In this document: in pieces, positions 61,011 through 64,000 of the stretch
How the letters are laid out: the number at the start of each line of letters is the position of its first letter
How positions within the stretch are numbered: the first letter of the stretch is position 1
The notes under the pieces: model-generated
Database searches by the model: none
Seen by the model: the letters and a program-made list of their open reading frames with translations, nothing else
What the model was told of the DNA's origin: nothing
DNA from: Anthoceros angustus
Taxonomy: Eukaryota; Plantae; Anthocerotophyta
Reading direction: 5' to 3'
Assembly: GCA_010909165.1 (NCBI GenBank)
Contig: MU008166.1
Coordinates: 1,550,001-1,614,000 of the forward strand
Length of the DNA stretch: 64,000 nucleotides
Translations under genes and position numbers: made by a program

Positions 61011-64000
61011 GAGCTCCAACGGCCTCGAGCTTTCCCTACTCACATAACGTCGATGGTTACAGTGTCACGACTCCCATATCCAATCCGGCACACCTCCTGT
61101 GCTCGGGCTTTCTTGGGAGCTCGACTTGGAAGGAGAAGCACAATGACCCACTGCATATTCAAAGAAACAAGCTTCTCATCCAACAAGTGGCTTGAACATG
61201 TTGTTTAACCCGAGGACCTCACGGACTCCTTGCAGAATGTCGGTGAGCGAGCTCCTCTTACCTCGCCTAGTTTCCCACGCACAAGAGGGGAGTCCTAGGA
61301 AGTGGTGATGGGAGGAGTTACTTGGTGTGGTCACCGAGAAGCGGTGGCCGCTCAAGTCCGCTACGAGTCCGGTAGTCCTATCTATTCAAATAGGTAGGAC
61401 TCAAGTCCTTGGTCTTTGGGGTTTGGGAAAGCAGACTCAAGTCCTTGGTCTTGAGGTTTGAATGATGTTCCTTGGTCCTTGGGAAAAGTAGCAAGTAGAT
61501 AGAAGCCTATTTCGAGTCCTTGGTCTTGAGGTTGGAAGGATGTTCCTTGGTCCTTGGGAAAATGGTATGTAGATAGAAACCTAGTCCTTGGTCTTGGGGT
61601 TTGGAAGGATGTTCCTTGGTCCTTGGGAAAAGTAGCATGTAGATAGAAACCTATTTCGAGGAAGGCAACTTCCTTGAACCATGGGAATTCGCTTTTCTAG
61701 ATATTGCATGTAGGGCTATATATGCATGTTAGGTAGACTGCAGGGGTAAAATTGGCCGACTCATCAAGGGCCTGGTCGGGACATGTATACAATCTCGCTA
61801 CTCCATGGCTGGAGTAGTGAGTTCAACCTAGGCCGTGGAGTATACGGTTGAAAATTTTATAGCAACCTGCGAATCTAGGTAGGAATCCTAGTGTACTTCC
61901 TTTGGATTGCTTGCAATTCAATGGAGATACACTAGGACAATCACTGATTAGCGACATATAAAGATTTGTAATACAATGATATGCGAGTTCTTGCATATTA
62001 GCGGCACAAAGTCGAGCCTAATGAAATGGCCAATCCAGCGCCGATGGCGGCCTCGCCTGAGCTAATAATTTCTAATAGGCATAGGTATAGAGTTTCGATA
62101 GGCCTTCACTTGCGATAATCTACATAGTATGCGATTGCTGAAAAACCAATCTACGGAGGGATTTCACGAAGCATGGTTGATATCCGAAATGTAGAGGCAT
62201 GTTGAAATGTTGAAATGTCACCGCAGATCCGGAAGAGGTTGAAGGACTGTATGCGGGGCGAAATGTCATTAGTGTAATGGCGATTGAGGTGATTCCACCG
62301 AAAAACACATAGGAGTATTTAGATCCTTAGTGCTAAGGTTGAAGGATCCTCTGGTGACCTTCGAGTGAAGAGGAGCTCACACTTTGACTCCTCACCTCAC
62401 TTCCAATCTTGATCTCACTTCCGAGCTCAAACACGATCCCAAACGCAAGCGGAAGGTTAGTAAGCAAGCTGGAGTATGTGCCTACACAAGAAAACCCTGC
62501 AGATATATTAACGAAAGCTCTTTCAAAAGAGCACGAGAAGCATGTTCGAGGTCCGGGGTTAGGAGAGTCCGGAACTTTCCTATCTAACCCCAACTAGCCT
62601 ACATGCCCTGCTACCTAATCCCATCGGATTGGGCGGTCTGAGGACTCTTCCTTTGGATTCTCCGAGTCGGAGGGACTGGAGGCCTTCGTAGCATCGAGTC
62701 CTCACCGCACATGTAATCTTGGAGGAACAGATCCTCCTCAATCCTCAAGAGATCCTGCGGTCAAGACACAAAGCAATTAGATAGCTTTAGAGCGAGTGGG
62801 AGTAGGAGCGAGATGAAGCAAAACCCAGTCACTTGCATGGCGACTTACAACATGACCGAGGGCAGTGTAACTTCACTCGATCCGTTTCATGACCGGACCG
62901 GTATGCTTGCATCGATACGAGATAGGAGAGCTGGTACATTGCTAGGCTCACAATCTTCACATCCTTATCGGGGTTACCTCGAGGGAAATTCGAGGCCGTG
63001 AGGGCCTCACCTCCCTCCGTCAGACATAGCCTCAGCCCACAGGTCAGAGGCCCCGAGCTCCCTCTTCTGCGGGTGGCGTAGGGGCACGCGTGGGAGAAAT
63101 TGTGGAAGCTAAGCGCGCAATGGAGGACCTCCCATGTCCTCCGATTATGGCCTCGCGCCTAGTCCTCGGCCAGCGTTGAGGCGCTCCGTTTCTTGGTCGG
63201 CTCGAGCTTCCGCGGTGTGTCTGGTCCCTTGCGCGGCAGAGGAGGGTTGTCCCGCCTTGCTTGCCGCTAGGGAGTCTCTTGGTGGCGGGGTTCGCATCCT
63301 TAGAGGCGACATCTCGACGAGTTCGCTCCACAACCCTTCTCCAATTGCACAGGCGTGAAGATGAAGAAGAGGAATATAACGCACTGGTGAGGATGGTTTC
63401 TCACCGCACGCTCGAATATATACCGGCGAGGAGGGCGTACGCAATGCATCTGCAGCTTTCACCCGACTCCATCCTACAAGGACCGGAGATGATCCGTTGT
63501 TGGAGCATCACTTTCCAAAATGATCAACAAGTGGGAGTGAAGAGGTATACCCAAACACACCTCTGTCCGATCGGTCACCTCCTCCCGCTTCTCTCCGACG
63601 GTCACCTCCTCCCGGCAAGACAAAGCATTCAATTGGGCTTTGCAGCGGACCGTGTTTTACAACACGATCCATTGCAAAGCGCACTTGTATGTTGTAAAAT
63701 GTTTGAGACGGCCGATCGGGCCTCTCTCATGTTTTACAACATACGCAACCTAATCTAATTTACAACACGATCCATTGCAAACCTCACTGTACATTGTAAA
63801 AGCGTTTAAGAGAGGCCAAGATAGGCCTCCACAATTTTACAACATAGTCTAATTTACAACACGATCCATTGCAAAGCGCACTTGTATGTTGTAAAATGTA
63901 TGACAAGGCCGGATCAGCCTCTGCGTTTACACCAAATTCACAACGTAGTCTCATATACAAGGTCCATTGCAAAGCGATCTTGCACGTTGTATACGCCTCG

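Larger units (their letters stand above)
52812..64000 (+). mobile_element. CACTA (En/Spm)-type non-autonomous element inserted into the copia; other end not seen in the window
   Basis: The terminus CACTACAAG at 52812 falls exactly where copia sequence stops. Dense subterminal repeats follow (ttttacaacggg / cgttgtaaa / gatgtggcatg), with similar arrays at 59280-59690 and 63650-64000. No transposase is visible. Confidence 0.65.
55879..64000. repeat. ~3.75-kb direct duplication (55879-59630 and 60254-64000) separated by a unique ~620-bp spacer
   Basis: The copies are collinear from gctcaagcattgaaaaac to gttgtatacgcctcg. Differences are mostly small indels. Confidence 0.9.

Overview
Eukaryotic land-plant nuclear DNA with a compact gene layout and ~80-140 bp GT-AG introns. 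By inference it is most like a hornwort or another seed-free plant: it carries intronless PLS-class PPR genes with a 'PGxSWW' box. The left ~46 kb is gene-dense. It holds a DIVARICATA-like MYB, a SAP-like cell-cycle-type gene, SmB, a head-to-head RPP1/RPL12 pair, a SAUR with a peptide uORF, an F-box gene, a tandem PPR editing-factor cluster (two intact genes, two pseudogenes) and two convergent pectin methylesterases. The right ~18 kb is repetitive: a decayed Ty1/copia element interrupted by a CACTA-type element. That element carries a captured, pseudogenised PPR fragment of the same family as the nearby intact genes. This repetitive part is duplicated and scrambled at 9-11 bp microhomologies, so some of its structure may be an assembly artefact. 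The top candidates for novelty are the PPR-carrying Pack-CACTA, the retargeted E+/WW-type PPR paralogs and the SAUR uORF peptide.
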